From the human T2T-CHM13v2.0 reference genome, Homo sapiens, in NCBI RefSeq assembly GCF_009914755.1, contig NC_060931.1: 64,000 bases of DNA. One strand, given 5' to 3'. The notes beneath the pieces were generated by a model. The model saw only the letters and a list, made by a program, of their open reading frames with translations. It was not told the DNA's origin and ran no database searches. Below, in pieces: positions 1 through 15,221 of this stretch (position 1 is its first letter; the number at the start of each line of letters is the position of its first letter). Made by a program: the position numbers and the translations under genes.

Positions 1-64
1 CGTGATCTGCCCGCCTGGGCCTCCCAAAGTGCTGGGATTGCAGGCGTGAGTCACCACGCCCGGC
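1..64 (-). mobile_element. Alu, 5' portion (runs off window start)
   Basis: cctcccaaagtgctgggattgcaggcgtgagtcaccacgcccggc is the reverse complement of the Alu 5' end. Confidence 0.95.
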
Positions 65-66
65 TA

Positions 67-360
67 TGCAAACTTTTTCTGTAAAGGACCAAAAAAGTGA
101 ATATTTTCAGCTTTATGCCCATACGGGCTCTGTCACAACTTTTCCAGACAAGATGTGAAGAAATGAGTGTAGCTGTGTTCCAATAAAACTTCACTTATAG
201 ACACTGACATTTGAATTTCAGATAATTCTGATGTGTCATGAAATGTTCTTCTTTTGATTTTTTTAACCACTTAAAATGTAAAACCATGCTTGGTCGTGGG
301 CTGTCTGCTCTAAAGGAGGTGATGGGCCAGATCTGGCTCCTGGGCTGCAATTTGCCAACT
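67..360. mobile_element. MER58(B)-like hAT MITE
   Basis: gcaaactttttctgtaaagg...aatattttcagcttt start and tttgccaac end resemble the MER58 consensus. Confidence 0.75.
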
Positions 361-760
361 TATCTGCTGGATTAAGTTTGCTTTATTTCCCCATTTTATT
401 TTACTGTTTGGATGTTCGACTTGTTATTTTATTCTTTTAGAAGTTGCTCACAACTTTTTAATGTGAATTGTTCACTTAACACTGCCCATGGGTAAATAAA
501 ATGTCTAGTCTCCCATCAAATAGTACAGTGACCTTAGAAAACTTGAACTTCTACCACCATTCTGCTATTGTTGTCAAATATTTGTTTATTTTTCCACTGC
601 CATTGCTCATTATTGTTTTTATTATATTTTCCTACAATTAGTGCTTATTTGGATTTACCTAGTACTGTGAAGTAAACGTTTGTGTTCCCTCAAAATTCAT
701 ATGATGGTGTTTGAAGATGGAGCCTTTGGGAAGAAACTAGGTTTAGATGAGGTCATAAAG

Positions 761-1121
761 TGATATGGTTTGGCTGTGTCCCCACCCAAATCTCATCTTG
801 AATTATAGCTTCTATAATTCTCACATGTTGTGGGAGGGACCTAGTGGGAGAACCGAATCATGGGGGTGGTTTCCCCCATACTGTTCTCATGGTAGTAAAT
901 AAGTCTCACAAGAGCTGATGATTTTATAAGGGGTTTCCCCTTTCACTTAGCTCTCATTCTCTCTTGCCTGCTGCCATGTAAGACGTGCCGTTCACCTTCC
1001 GCCATGATTGTGAGGCTTCCCCAGCCACCTGGAACCGTTTGGTCCATTAAACTTCTTTTTCTTGATAAATTACCCAGTCTTGGGTATGTCTTTATCAGCA
1101 GCATGAAAACAGACTAATACA
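761..1121 (+). mobile_element. THE1 solo LTR (MaLR)
   Basis: tgatatggtttggctgtgtccccacccaaatctcatcttg...gactaataca; TG..CA ends; flanks taaag/taagg as approximate 5-bp TSD. Confidence 0.92.
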
Positions 1122-1375
1122 TAAGGGAAAAGCCCCTTTGATGGGCTTAGTACCCTTATAAAGAGAAGAGATTTTTCTCTGTCTTCTCTCCTCTCTCTCT
1201 CTGCATGTACCAAGGAAAGTCTTTGTGAGGACACAGCTAGAAGGTGGCCATCTGCAAGCCAGGAAAGGAGCACCCCTCAGAAGCTGACCATGCTGGCATC
1301 CAGATCTCAGACTTCCAGCCTCCAGTACTGTGAAAAAATAAATTTCAGTTGTTCAAGCCACCCAGTCTATGGTTG

Positions 1376-1513
1376 GTTTTTGTTTTTGTTTTGTAAAGAC
1401 AGGGTCTCACTATGTTGCCCAGGCTGGTCTCGAACTCCTGGACTCAAGCAATCTTCTGGCCTTAGCCTATGAAGTAGCTGGGACTACAGACATATACAGG
1501 CACTGCACCCAGC
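1376..1513 (-). mobile_element. FLAM/AluJ monomer
   Basis: gacagggtctcactatgttgcccaggctggtctcgaactcctgg. Confidence 0.85.
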
Positions 1514-1639
1514 TATAGTATTTTGTTGTGGCAGCCCAAGCTGACTAACCCACCTATGTTTTCTACCCATATGTTCCTCTGCTCACTTATAGCTTCTTTT
1601 CCACCACTCTTTCATTCGAGATTCCATTTCCTTTTTCCT

Positions 1640-2480
1640 GAAGTTTAGCTTTTAATAATTATTTTAATAAGGGTCTGTGACTGATAAACTCTTAGTCTTC
1701 GTTTACCTGAAAATGTCTTTATTTTGCTATCAGTGTTGCCTGATGTGGGGTTCTACAGTGGGATAGAATTCTAGGATGATAATATTTTCTCTTAGCATTT
1801 TGAAAATATTCCATTGTCTTCCAGCCTCTACCGTTGCTAGTGAGAAGGCTGCTAACTGTCCAATTGCTATTCTTTTGTAGGCATTTTTTTCTGTCTTATT
1901 ACTTTTAAGATTTTTCTCTTTGTATTTGTATTGCAGTTTCATTATGATATATCTAATTGTAGACTTAATTGTTTATTACACTTGGGACTACATGTGTTTT
2001 TAAAATCTGAATATTCATATTTATCTGTTCCAAAATAGTATTAGCCATTATATCACTTCTAATACTATCACTTTTCCATTTTCTCATTATCACTTTCAGG
2101 AATTCCTGTTAGAAACATGCTGGACTTCTCAGTCTAGCTTCACATTTCTTAACTTCTGTTTCATATTTCTCATCCTCTATTTCACATTTCCCATCTTTTT
2201 ATCTCTCAGTGCTGCATTCTGGATTATTTCCTTAGATAATCTTTCAATTCATGAATATCTCTTTAGCTGTGTCTAAATGCTGTTTAACTCATTAAATGCA
2301 TTTTTTAATTGCAGTGACTTTATTTGTTTTTATTACTAAACTTCTATTTGGTTCTATGTTCAAATTTCCTTGTTCTTGTTTCATTTTATCTTCTAGATTA
2401 TGGTTTCTATTGCTTCTTGAGTCTCTTTAATTATTTTAAACATATTGATTTACTATTATCTTTTAAATTGTTCTATTAGC
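1640..2480 (-). mobile_element. Ancient L1M/HAL1 ORF1-region fragment
   Basis: ORF 1730..1942(-) KEKNLKS..AYKRIAIGQLAAFSLATVEAGRQWNIFKMLRE..EFYP matches L1 ORF1p (KEKILKA..IRLTADFS.ET.EARRQW..IFKVLKE..ILYP). Confidence 0.8.
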
Positions 2481-3654
2481 TCTGGATTCTACTGATTCTC
2501 TCTCATAATACATTATTACCTGGTGTGAAATGACAAAATTTATGTCTGTGAACTCTTCTTCAGGGGCATTCTTTTTCTTCCCTGTGTCTTACGTGCTTTA
2601 GAATGTGGAAATATCCCTAAAGAATAATTGTACATTTTCTTCTGTGAGAACCACAGGTATTTTATTGACAGGACCAGTTTTAGCTTTAATTTCTGAGCTT
2701 GCAAATCTTTCCACCACACCCATATGTGTTCACGTGTTGTAGAGTTGGAGTCCTTATTTTTCATGCAACTCCATATTCTAACACTTCCCACAGACCTCTA
2801 GGAAGAATAAAAGTTTCCTTGTTTATTCCCTGGAATGGTAGCGTTATTATTTCCCACGCTCACTGAAGTGGGTGCTCTTTCAGATCCCAGTTGATCATTA
2901 CAACCCAAGCTCCTAGCCTTCGGTCCTATATCTGGGTCTGATTCTTTACCTAACCATCATAAGCCACATGATCCTGGCTATAATTCCCATCTTTGTTTCT
3001 AGAAAGTAAGGTTTTCCTCCTTGGTTTTGAACTTGATTCTGGATTTAATAACCGTTCATCCAGCATTTTCAGGTGTTGGTAATGTTTGTGGGTTCTATGT
3101 TAGCTCAAACTACCATGATACTGGAGGATGACGTTTAAATTGGTCTAAGGTGTTGAAAACTGAATTTGCCGTTTCTTCCCACGGTTTTCTACTTTTTCTG
3201 CAACCACCATTCCCGCAAAACAGAATCATCTTTCACTTTTCCCTCTCCACTACTTCTTGCATCCCAATGAGTAATGATAATCCTGTTGGTTCCATATTGC
3301 TGTCACTTTCATCTGTGGCTAGTATTGTGCTGTATAATTGGTCGGCTGACCGTCAGTGGTTTCAAACCTTGAGATGTGTGTGGATCAGTATAACTTAGTG
3401 AAACATGAGGAATCTATCTTCCCTTCCAATAGGCTGACTCGGTGAATAAAACCAATCAATCATCAATTAATAAGATGAAGTTGCAATTAGCAAGAACTTT
3501 CTCGTGTTTACAGCACTGGTGAAAAACATTGGCCCAGCAGAGGGAGCTAAAATACCACAGATAAGACCCCAGGTTTGTGACACACTGTGTTGGACACTTG
3601 GGGGCAGTGTGGGTGAAGATGGCTCCCTTAGACCTGGGCCCTCTGTTTCAGAGC

Positions 3655-3845
3655 AACGATTGGCAAACTTTTTCCGTAAAAGGCCAGATAGTAAATATTT
3701 TAGAATTTGTAGGCCACATGTAGTTTCTGATGCACGATCTTTTTGTAAAACAACCTTTAAAAGCATTCTTAGTTCATGGGCCATTAAAGGAAAAGAGGTC
3801 ACAGGCTGGATTTGGTCCAAGAGCCATATTTTGCAAACTGCTTTA
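3655..3845. mobile_element. MER58A-like MITE
   Basis: ttggcaaactttttccgtaaaaggccagatagtaaatattttag...ttttgcaaac. Confidence 0.8.
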
Positions 3846-3964
3846 GAGGATTCTACATATCACAAGCACAAAAGTAAACAGCAAATGTATTAAAGAAAAT
3901 AAGAATGCCTCTGTCACTTGGAATCTAGTCCTCAGTGCTGGCAGGGCATGACCCAAATCCCTAA

Positions 3965-4374
<410 letters not shown>

Positions 4375-4399
4375 ATACTGAAGTTTTTTCAGTTGTTCC

Positions 4400-7300
4400 A
4401 TTGCAGTGATAGAGGCAGACATTGCATTAAAATACAGGAAGGATTTGAGCAGCAGAAGGGCTTAACTAGGAGTAAAGACGAATTAACTTGTCAGATCTTA
4501 TTTCTTGGGAAGTAGGAAGGCAACAGATTCTTACATAAGGAATCGTAGTTCTCAGCGGGGCTGAGTGTAGGGAAACCCTGCCCTGGAATCTAGCAGAGCA
4601 GATGCCCAGTTTTAATTTGGATTTACCAAAGCCAAGTATAGGCTCCCCGGGGGACAGCAAAAAGCAACAAAAACAGGAAACCCCACAAACCCACAAACTG
4701 CATGTGTGCTGTGATTCATTCTATTGATGATACGATATGAATAGACTTCGCTGAAGAACTTCTTGATTTGGAAAAGGTAGTGCAGCACATACCGCTCTGA
4801 GATTGGACAACCGACCTGGCAAAACTCCAGGCCCCACCAGCTTGACGGGTGAAGGCCTTAGGTATATCTTGGTCTAGAGCTACATGGAACAGTTCTTTAA
4901 AGCTTGAAATGCCTTGTTAACTCTGGGTCCACCCTGAGATAAAAAGGAAGGACAGGAATTTGATGAGGCAATTGAGTCTACTTACATCTGGCTGTACTTT
5001 TGGACTATATGTCAGAGTACAGGCACATGCAAAAAGGCTGTCGTTGAAAGTAGAGAAGAGTAACAGAAGGTTCTAGCTGAAATTCACAAGTTAGGGCTCA
5101 GATTGGTCTATTGCATCCTCACAGGCACAGTGCTCCTGAGCTATGGGAAGTGTTGGTGATGGAGTCTACGCTGAATGAGGACTGACCCTGCAAAAGACAG
5201 GTGTCCAGCACTGCCATGGGGCTTTTGGTGCAGATGTGGCCCAAGGCAGCTACTCAACCACTCTGCCTTTGAAAGACCATTACCAAGCAGTCCACCACTG
5301 GGCATTGTTTGGGGTTAGACCACTAATGAATAAGCAAATAAGTGTAAATCAGAGATGTCAATCATGTCTTGAGTGATGTCAGAAAGACATTCTAATGAGG
5401 AACGGCCTGATAAACAAAATGTGTTGATTACAGGGAAATAGTCATATTCAGGAAAAAAAAAGACAATTACCCAGGAAAGATACATAATATCCACAAGCAA
5501 GTGATTTAGTCCCCATCCCCTAGGGCAGCCAAACCTCACAGTATAATCTAAATCCAGCAACAGAGACTTGGGCCCCATTGTACAAATCTTTGAATTCAAA
5601 AGCACTAGTTGGCATCTTTCTGAAGGTGGACCTCAATTAACTGGGAAAGGCTGGAACTAGAAGAATGCAACATTCTGTCCAGCCAACGGAAGGCCCCTGA
5701 TAGAAGTATGGCAAGTCTAAGTCGGTCCAAAGGACCAAGGTGTGTATGACGTGGTAACTGTGCACATGCAAATCCTACCAGCAATTATACCATATGTAAT
5801 TCCATGGATCCTGGGCCATAGTTAATAAACTAACTGATCTGGCAAGTGAATCACAGAAAATGCTATTTACATTTCTTCCCTTTCATGGGACAGGACTTCA
5901 TGGTTAAATTTTAGAGACTGGTTGTTCATGTTGATGCCCCTTAGTCTTAAAAAGAGGGAAGTATGTCTTTGAATGTAGTCACTAGAGTCCACAAGATGAC
6001 ACCTTGGGCCACAAGCCATGCACACACACGCTCACAAACAACATAATCCCCACCTCCATCTGTTGCCACTTGTGTCACCCAGGACGGTCCAGATTGCCAA
6101 CAGCAATGGGCTCATGTGCCTTTGGTGGGGGAATATATTTTGAGGGTTTATGGCCCATCACAGAGCTGGCAGGCTGCCTATCCTGGACATATCGCAGAGC
6201 AAGGGAAATTTAAAGACTTTAAAAACTGGTATTGACAATGTTTCTGGTTTGAGCTTTGCCCATTCTGCAACTAAAGATCTGACCCAGAGTACTATAAAAA
6301 GACTGGCAGCCCAGATCACCCACCAACATGATATCAACTTACACATCAACAGCTCAAGGATCACTTTTCACAGCATGAACGGGGCAAGAGTAGACCAAGA
6401 AATACAATCTCAAATGACCTCTTCATATTTCACATCACTTCTACAAAGCAGCACAGTTTTGAAAAAAATTGCAATGTGTGCTTGAAGGAACAAAATGATG
6501 GTGAGAAAGACACAGAGGCCTGGCTTTCCAGGGTAGGAGAAGCACGAGAGCAAGTCAACAGCGGAGCATTGTCTAAGGCATAGGTTGAGAAATGGAGAGA
6601 TAAGGAAATCTTTCCAGGACTAGGGATTTGATTGTGTTCCCTAAAGTAGGAATAATACAAATTAATTTAATTTCACTTGTTGGAACCCTGAAGGCATTTA
6701 TGAGTTGTACTGATAAATCTGGTATTTTCAAGATGCACCCAACCCAGTGGAGAGGACCCAGTTACAATATACTTATTAAGTCATTTGAAGGTACCTTGGG
6801 AAGGACACATGAAGTAGGTTTAATGGTGTTACTTTTGCTGCTCAGTATTTGAAGGATAACAGAGAAGGAATCCAATACTCCTCCTTTAATAGGAGCAAGG
6901 GAATGGGCTCAGGCATCCCAGTGGGGGGAGAAAAGATGGTAGCAGAAAGAACTGGAGCCACCAGAAATACTGCTGTACCAAATGATGCTACTTTTGCCCT
7001 TTACCTTTAAAATAAGTTGCTAGTAAAATTATTTCTTAGCAATATTTTTAGATATGTCTTCAGTCTTAGATGAGAGACGATGGCATCAGAGTTGATTCTA
7101 CCAAACTGGAACACATTTAATGTTATTGTCTTGATAAAACTGGGCCCAGAGTACACTTGGCTGAGCTGGATGGGCAAGGAGGAGGGACCGTTGTGAACAC
7201 AGCCAATTCCTAATGTGATGCTGGCACATTAGGACATGATCTGTTGCTTGAACTTTTATGTTAGATTAAGATTTGCATGACATTCAGTGAAATGAAAATC

Positions 7301-7400
7301 ATGGAAATGATGATATCTGACAAAGTCTATATCAGGATATTTAACTCCAGTCACCAGTTAATGTGGTAAGCATAGGGAAAAAGTGACCCAAGGAAGTCAA
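4400..7400 (+). mobile_element. Highly decayed class III (ERVL/ERV3-16A3/HERV16-like) pol internal region: RT-RNaseH-IN
   Basis: IHSIDD at 4714-4731 (ERVL RT VHYIDD); RNaseH-like WAIVN (~5813) and HVDA (~5927); integrase TGIDNVSGLSFA in ORF 6150..6485 (ERVL TGIDTYSGYGFA). Confidence 0.7.
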
Positions 7401-7459
7401 ACAGAACTACCAGTTGAGGAGGGACAATTATAATTAACTCTAAATCATCCCAACAGCAT

Positions 7460-8172
7460 CATTAAAATGCTACAAATGTACCACCAGGACGGCTAAAACA
7501 AAAAAGATAGAAAATGTTTGTGAGAATGTAAAATAACTGGAGCTCACACACACTGCTGGTGGGAGTGTAAACTGGAAGATCCGCTTTGGAAATGTATTCA
7601 TTAGTGCTTACTAAAGGTGGACACATACACATTCTATGACCCAACCAATGCTCCTCCTAAGTACACATTCAGGGGATGTACATATATACGTTTACTTAAG
7701 CACAAGTACACAAATATTCATAGCAACACTATTTACAACAGCAAATAACTGGAAACCACCCTTAAACACATAATTTGGATAACACAGAATTGATAAACTG
7801 CTGTCTGTTTATATAATGGAACATTATATAATGAAACATTATTCAGCAATGAGTATGAATAATCTACCACTGCACATAACAATATGGAAGAATCTTGCAA
7901 ACATAATATTGAACAAACGAAGTCAGATACAAATGAATATGTACTGTGTGGTTCCACAAAGTTCACAAACAGATGAAACTAATTTGTGGTGTTAGAAGCT
8001 GGGATAGTGGTTACCGTTATGGGAGGGGTGACTGGAAGTAGGTATGAAAGGGCTTAAGGGGTGTTGGTAATGCCTATTTCTTGAGCTAGGTTATATAGAT
8101 CAGTTCAACTTTGAAAATGTATTGTGTTCTTTGCTTTATGCTTGTAAGACTTAAATTAAAAGTTTATTTTAT
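7460..8172 (+). mobile_element. L1MB/MC/ME 3' end (ORF2 C-terminus plus 3'UTR)
   Basis: cacactgctggtgggagtgtaaactgg...tattcatagcaacactatttacaacagc...gaatatgtactgtgtggttcc. Confidence 0.85.
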
Positions 8173-8481
<309 letters not shown>

Positions 8482-8742
8482 TTAAAAGGTACTAGTTCGA
8501 ACTTTGGAAGCAAGGAGGGAAAAAACAAACTACAGCAATATTATCAAGCACAGAATAGCATTGTTAGGCACTGAGATGTTTTGTGGATTCTGTTCCTTCT
8601 TACTGGTCAAACATGGGTAGGAATAGGAATCTTACTGTTGTTTCCCGTCTTCCATGTTTGTCCTTTTTATTTCCCATATGGGAGAATGGCAATTGTTGAA
8701 GCAATGAGGCTATGAGGACCCTCAACATGGATCAAGGTGGGC

Positions 8743-8962
8743 TGTAGGATGGGTGCTGCCTGGTCTAAGGCTTCTTAGCTTGGCTCCCAGATGTATCTAG
8801 GGAACCCGCTGTGCTCTAGGTCCATAGGCCTAAGTTCTGGAACATCCTTGGTCTAGTCCCAGTGATAATGGGGAGTTGGTACAGAAGATAATAAATGGGG
8901 GCTGTATTTGCCTGAGCAAACTACACTGGACTGGGCCCCATCATCACGTTGTGCTGTGTAAT
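8743..8962 (+). mobile_element. Candidate 3' LTR of the ERVL-like relic
   Basis: Preceded by PPT-like caaggtgggc|tgt (ERVL agggggtggac|tgt); contains AATAAA at ~8890. Confidence 0.4.
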
Positions 8963-9629
8963 GCTACCCTTGCTCCAGAGCAGGGTGGTGCCGGGCACAG
9001 CCCCAGGCCAGCCCATGCACAGATGCCATGGCCCTAGGTGTTTCAGGTTGAGCTGGGAAGTAGACGGTTAAGCCTCCCTAAAGATCTCAAGTGACCTTCA
9101 CTCTCTCACAGTGTGCCACCTACAGCTGCACCCCACCCACAGGCCACCCCTCCACCTGCCCACTTTGGGTGAGGATGCTGGGGTCTGTCCCTAAGCCTGT
9201 GGTGATCTCTCTGCCAACAATCCTGAGTGTGCTGACTTTCTTCTCGGTCCTTCAGATAAGCCAACCTGGAACATGGCTGACTTTCAGAGCCTGCTCCAGG
9301 CCACTACTTCCTCTCCCCAGATGATACAATTGAGTTTAGCAAGGGTCATGCTTCATGGTGGGATAAACACAGGGGCACAACTCTCCAAAATGGGCAAGCT
9401 AAGCTGGCAGTGCCCACTAACAGAGTGGTGCTGAGCTCTAGTCTGGCATGTTGGTTCTCCCATTAATCTGAGCCCACTGCGGACATTTATCAATATGGCA
9501 CTTGTGCATCTATGAAGAACTTGTAGTAGAGTGCCTGGAAAACTCTAAGTGCTCAGTAACCACGATCTGTTGCTACCATCGCCACCACCACCACCATCGT
9601 CATCACCACTACCCCCATGATGTGTCTCT

Positions 9630-10080
9630 CTCCTCTTTATAGTCCCAACACAATGCTTGGAACCTGCCAGATGTTCAACTAATGATGTTTAGTGAATTAA
9701 TATAAAGCAGGAGTACTACTCACTGCCCTACTTCCTGGGACTGGCTGGAGGAATGCTTGAGCTCTTCCTCCTTAATATACGCAGGAGTGTTTCCAAGAAC
9801 ACCCATTTTCACTCTCCATCCTTTCCATTGAGCAGCTCAGTCCCTCTCTTGCTCATCATTCTGTTTTATTTTCTTCATTGCACTTATAACTCACTGAAAT
9901 TTGCCTTTTCCATTTGCTTATTAGCGTCTTTCTCTCTCCACCCTACCTTACCACACATGTCCACTAGAACGTTAGCTCTGTGAGGGCAGAATCCTTCTCT
10001 GTCTCATCTACCGCAGTATCTTAAAGTCCAGGATCTTGCCTGCCAGGAAGTTGGATAATGAATGTTGAATGAATGAATGC
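9630..10080 (+). mobile_element. L2 3'-end fragments
   Basis: tgtgagggcaga...tgcctgccaggaag...tgttgaatgaatgaatg L2 terminus. Confidence 0.7.
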
Positions 10081-10333
10081 ACTCAGAGTCCCTGTTGCAG
10101 ACACCTCTCCTGCTCCCAGCCATCCCCCTTGCTCTGTTACCTCTTGGATCCTCTTCTGCCATTTCTCAGTGAATTCTGGAAAGTTGGTGTTCACCTGGCT
10201 GGCACTGAGTGTCCACTCAGGGCAATTCCAGGAGGGAAGGGAGAGCATGGCCAGAGAAATTACCACAAAAGCAAACGTACCTCCCTGGGGAATGGGCAGC
10301 CTGGAGGGAGGGAAAGGATGCAGTTACCCATGA

Positions 10334-10724
<391 letters not shown>

Positions 10725-12087
10725 TAGAAGCAAACCATGACCCCTCTGTTCTCAGTTGCAGAGAGATCCTATCAAGGTTCAAGGCAGACCTATGAGCCCT
10801 ATCAAACTTTGGACAGGGAGGAGAGGGAGGCAGGGAGGCACCCAGACCCACACCTGGGCCTGGAGATCCAAACCCAGGAGGAAGGAGTCAGGCCCTGAGA
10901 AAGAATCTGGGGATGGCATGGAGCTCAGTGAACATACCTAGTGGGTGCCATTCTCTACCTCAGCCCCAGAGAACCCTTCCCAGGCCCCAGGCCCACAGCG
11001 GAGCTCCCACACGTGCAATGCCCAGCAATCGATTACCCCACTATCAAGAGCTACACAGCTTAAAATCTGGATTGTCAGATTCTTTTGTGTCTTCAGAAAC
11101 CAAGAGCAATCCAAGACCTTCAGGCTCCTTCTTATCGCAGGACAATAAGATATGTCCTTCGTCAGGGCATGTTCCCAGCCCAGCCCTCCTCACTCCTGCT
11201 GGGCTTCTCACTTTGGCCTCTGTGAGAACATCTAGCAGTGCCTGCCCTCCCTGCCTTCCCACTGAGGTCAAGGCAACCTGGTAAGTCAACCTCCAGCCAC
11301 CCCTCTTACTAGAGGGTCAGAGGCTCTCAAGGCTTCCCGAGCCTGCCAGCTTTGGACATTAGAATTTGGGGGTAGGAAGGTGGGACAGAGGGACCGTGGC
11401 ATCTTGACTGCATTTGTCACTGTGGCCCACCTAGTCCAGGTACTTTTTCTGAATACTACAAGGGTATTTTTGAATCAGTGCTTCATGAAGAAAGCATAAA
11501 GGATGATTCTTGAGAAAGAGCACATTTTATGTGAAGAAAATATAGTTTATGAAAGAGTTTTGCTGCTGAAATGGACTTTGTGGCCTGGTGAACATTAGGA
11601 TGAGTGATGCCTGGGCATTGACCAGGCAAGTCCGTGGGCTTGTCTGGTTATGGACCCAGCATGGGGATTGCCTAAAGCTCCTCAGGTACATCTAATGTAC
11701 AGCCATCCATGAGAACAGCTGGTCTAGAGTCACAAATCTAGACCCACAAGTCTCCACAAGAGAATGGAGAACATTACATTGTGCACATGGGGTTGGAACA
11801 CAACGGTGCCACTATGTATATGTGTATAAATGTGTATACGTGTGTGTATATTTTTTATTTTAAAATTATGAATCTGTCTGCTGTCTGGGAGGTGTGCCCT
11901 ACATTTCAGGTATAGGAGCAAAGTCAGACACGATCCCTGTGACAGAGGTTTCCTGTCTAGTGAGGAAGGACAATAACAATAACTAATAACAAACTCTGAT
12001 TAAGTGCTGTAAAAGGAAGTTATACAGTGCTTTGCAATCATGTAACAGAAAAGACTGTCCCAGTTTAGGATGATGGAGATAAGGAAC

Positions 12088-12940
12088 TGATGGGGACAGG
12101 AGGCAGAGAAATTCTAGGCAGAAAAGGGCAGGTCCCTGGTGAAAACCCCACCCTCAAGCCAAAAACCTGGAACTGCGGCCCAACGTGAGAACTTCTATCC
12201 CGTTTTCCTGCTTGAATGTTGCCTTTTCCTAAACTACCCATGGCCCCACCCCACCCCATCCTGTGCCTATAAAAACCCCAGACTCAGTCGGAGAGGAGCG
12301 GAGACTGTGGCTGGATGTTGGAGAGAAACGGCTTGACTTCAGAGGGACAAACTGATGGCATAACTTCAGAGAAGAATCCAGCCAGAGACAGCTGGACTTC
12401 AGGGGAAGATTACCTACCCCCACCCCCAGTCCCCTTTTCAGCTCCCCTTCCCGCTGGCAGCCATTTTCATCAGCAATAAAATCCCCTGCATTTACTATCC
12501 TTCAATGCATTCGTGCGACCTCATTTTTCCTGGAAGCTGGACAAGAGCTCAGGAGCCACAAGTGTGGATACAAAAGGCTGTCACACCGACCCTTTGTCCT
12601 CACAGGTGGAGGGCAGCTGCCTCACACAAAAAGGCAGAGGGTCCACTGAGCTGTTAACACTTAAGCTGTCTGTGGATGGCACAGCTAAAAGAGCACTGTA
12701 CCATGCCCTCTGGGACTTTGGGGGTCACAGGCACCTCCACCTAGATGTTGCTGCGGGGCCCACATGGAGTTTGTTCCTGCCGGTACTGAAGCAGCCAGCT
12801 GGTTCCACCACTCATTACTCCAGTTCCCATCTCATTTGCTCGCATGCTTCCTCCCATGAGGAGTTGAAAGCAGTGGGCTGAGTAACTGAGGCACCGCTGC
12901 TGTGAGTCCCGCGAAGGGGTCAGGGAAATATCCTGCTTTA
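12088..12940 (+). mobile_element. ERV1 solo LTR, LTR1/LTR27/LTR28/MER52 group
   Basis: tgatggggacaggaggcagagaaattctaggcagaaaagggc...ccccaccctcaagcc start; TATA-like cctataaaa at ~12268; AATAAA at ~12475; gggaaatatcctgcttt(c)a end. Confidence 0.8.
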
Positions 12941-13574
12941 GAATATCCTGCTTCAGGCCTGAGATGTCAAAGGGACCATGTCTGACTTTGCCCCTCATAG
13001 TATCCATCATGCCAGAAACATAACAGGTATTCCATAAATGTGAGCATGACTGCCTCTGCTCTCAGTGACTCCTCCCAACCCTGACTTCCACCTCCAGCTG
13101 GTTATCATTTGTCAAGTGCCACAGCCTTGCTGGCTTCCTAAGAAAGTTAACTACCCCTTTCTCCTGCTACCACATCACTTAGAATGTAATAATATGACCA
13201 TGCTGGTTTTAATTATTTATTCACATCTCTAATTCCCCTTTTAAGACTCTCATCTCCTTGAATGCAAGAACTATGGGGGAGTCCCAGTGTCCACGCGTGG
13301 CAGGAAATCATGTGGCATGAGGATAAAGGCTGCAAGTACCTCGGTTTCAGGACTCACTAATGCTACAGCATCAAGGGTGGAGGTCGTGCCTACAGGGAAC
13401 TGACAGCATTCAAAGCCTTCCGGTTACAAAGATCCAGGGATTCCCTGACCTACAAGGAATCTTCTCCTAGAAGACAGATGCCCTGGGTTGCTCCCAGAAT
13501 ACGATACTAACATTGCCTCCATTTTCAAATACACCAAAACTGCTCACCTCTGGGGGAAGTATAAGTCACTTAAT

Positions 13575-13928
13575 GCTATGGACCAAATGTCTGTATCCCC
13601 CCAAAATTCTTATGTTGAAGCCTTAACCCCCAGTAGGATGTTATTTGGAAGTGGGGCCTTTGGGAGCTATTTAAGTTTACATGAGGTCAGGATGGTGACG
13701 CCCTCGTGATGGGATCAGTGCCCTTATAAGAAGAAACTCTTTTCCCCTCCCCACCCCTGCCATGTAAGGACACAGCACAGAAGGTGGCTGTCTGCAAGCC
13801 AATAGCGGGCCCTCACCAGAGCCCGACCATGCGGGCACCCTGATCTCAGACTTCCACCCGCCAGAACTGTAATAACATTTCTGTTGTTTCAGCTACCCAG
13901 TCTATTGTCTTTTGAGCAGACTGAGACA
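13575..13928 (+). mobile_element. MLT1A-type MaLR solo LTR
   Basis: tgctatgga...ccccaaaattcttatgttgaagccttaacccc...gactgagaca. Confidence 0.85.
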
Positions 13929-14831
13929 CTTAGCAAACAAGATGGAATGGGAAACAGGTGAGTCACTTAATCTGTCTACGCCTGAGTTTCTTCCTCTGTA
14001 CCATAAGCTGAATAATCAAACCTGCCTCAAATGGTGTAGTGAGCATTACATGTTTTGTAAGTCATACGTTGCTCATTCATGCATCACCCGTACTGTTATT
14101 ATCTTACAGGAAGGGGGAACAGATGAGGTATTGGGCTGGGCCCCTGTGTTCAGGCTGCTGCCCCACCTCATTTAAAGTGAATCATGGAGTCGACCTGAGA
14201 TTTTCCTCTTCACCACTTTATCAGCAACAGTTTCCCCTTGTTTCTCCCCACTCTACAGGAATGAGGTATGAGGATATCAACTGCAAATAAGCCCACTTAG
14301 ATCTGGAGGGCCTCTGGGAGGACACAGAGTGAAGCCTATTCAACTGCCCTGGTTGGATCTGCAGGCCTCAAGGAGGTCACCAAGGCCTGATAAAGGACAG
14401 CAGGGGGTTGCATTAACTGAAGGAGATGGGGTGCTCTCAGGGTAACTTGGAGAGTGACTAATTATGTCAGATATGCTTCCTCCAGATTTCATTAGAACAC
14501 GTGGGGAATGCATGAAAATTTACAGCTGCACTCTTAGGCAAAAACCAAGGTTCAGGCATAATTGCTACTAATTATCTCATTGATGAGATTGATTGAGGAA
14601 AATATTCTTGATTATCTGCCACATGCTTTACCCTCTAAACCAGAACTTGCCAGGTGACCTTATCAATTATCCATCGAAGTCCATGGCTACATCGCTGTGA
14701 AAAACAGTAGGCCATCATCTGACTCCCCACCTTCCCACTCTATCATTGCCTCTCTTGATTCCCTAATATTAATGTGCATAAGAATCATCTGGGGATTCTG
14801 TTAAAATGTCCAGAACCCTGAGAGGTTCTGA

Positions 14832-15208
<377 letters not shown>

Positions 15209-15221
15209 AAAAGCTGTGTTT

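Larger units (their letters stand above)
666..1550 (+). mobile_element. MLT1A-type MaLR LTR, interrupted by a THE1 LTR and an Alu monomer
   Basis: caaaattcatatg...ggagcctttggg...tagatgaggtcat before the insert; gaaggtggccatctgcaagccagg...ccagcctccag...aagccacccagtctatgg after it. Confidence 0.75.
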
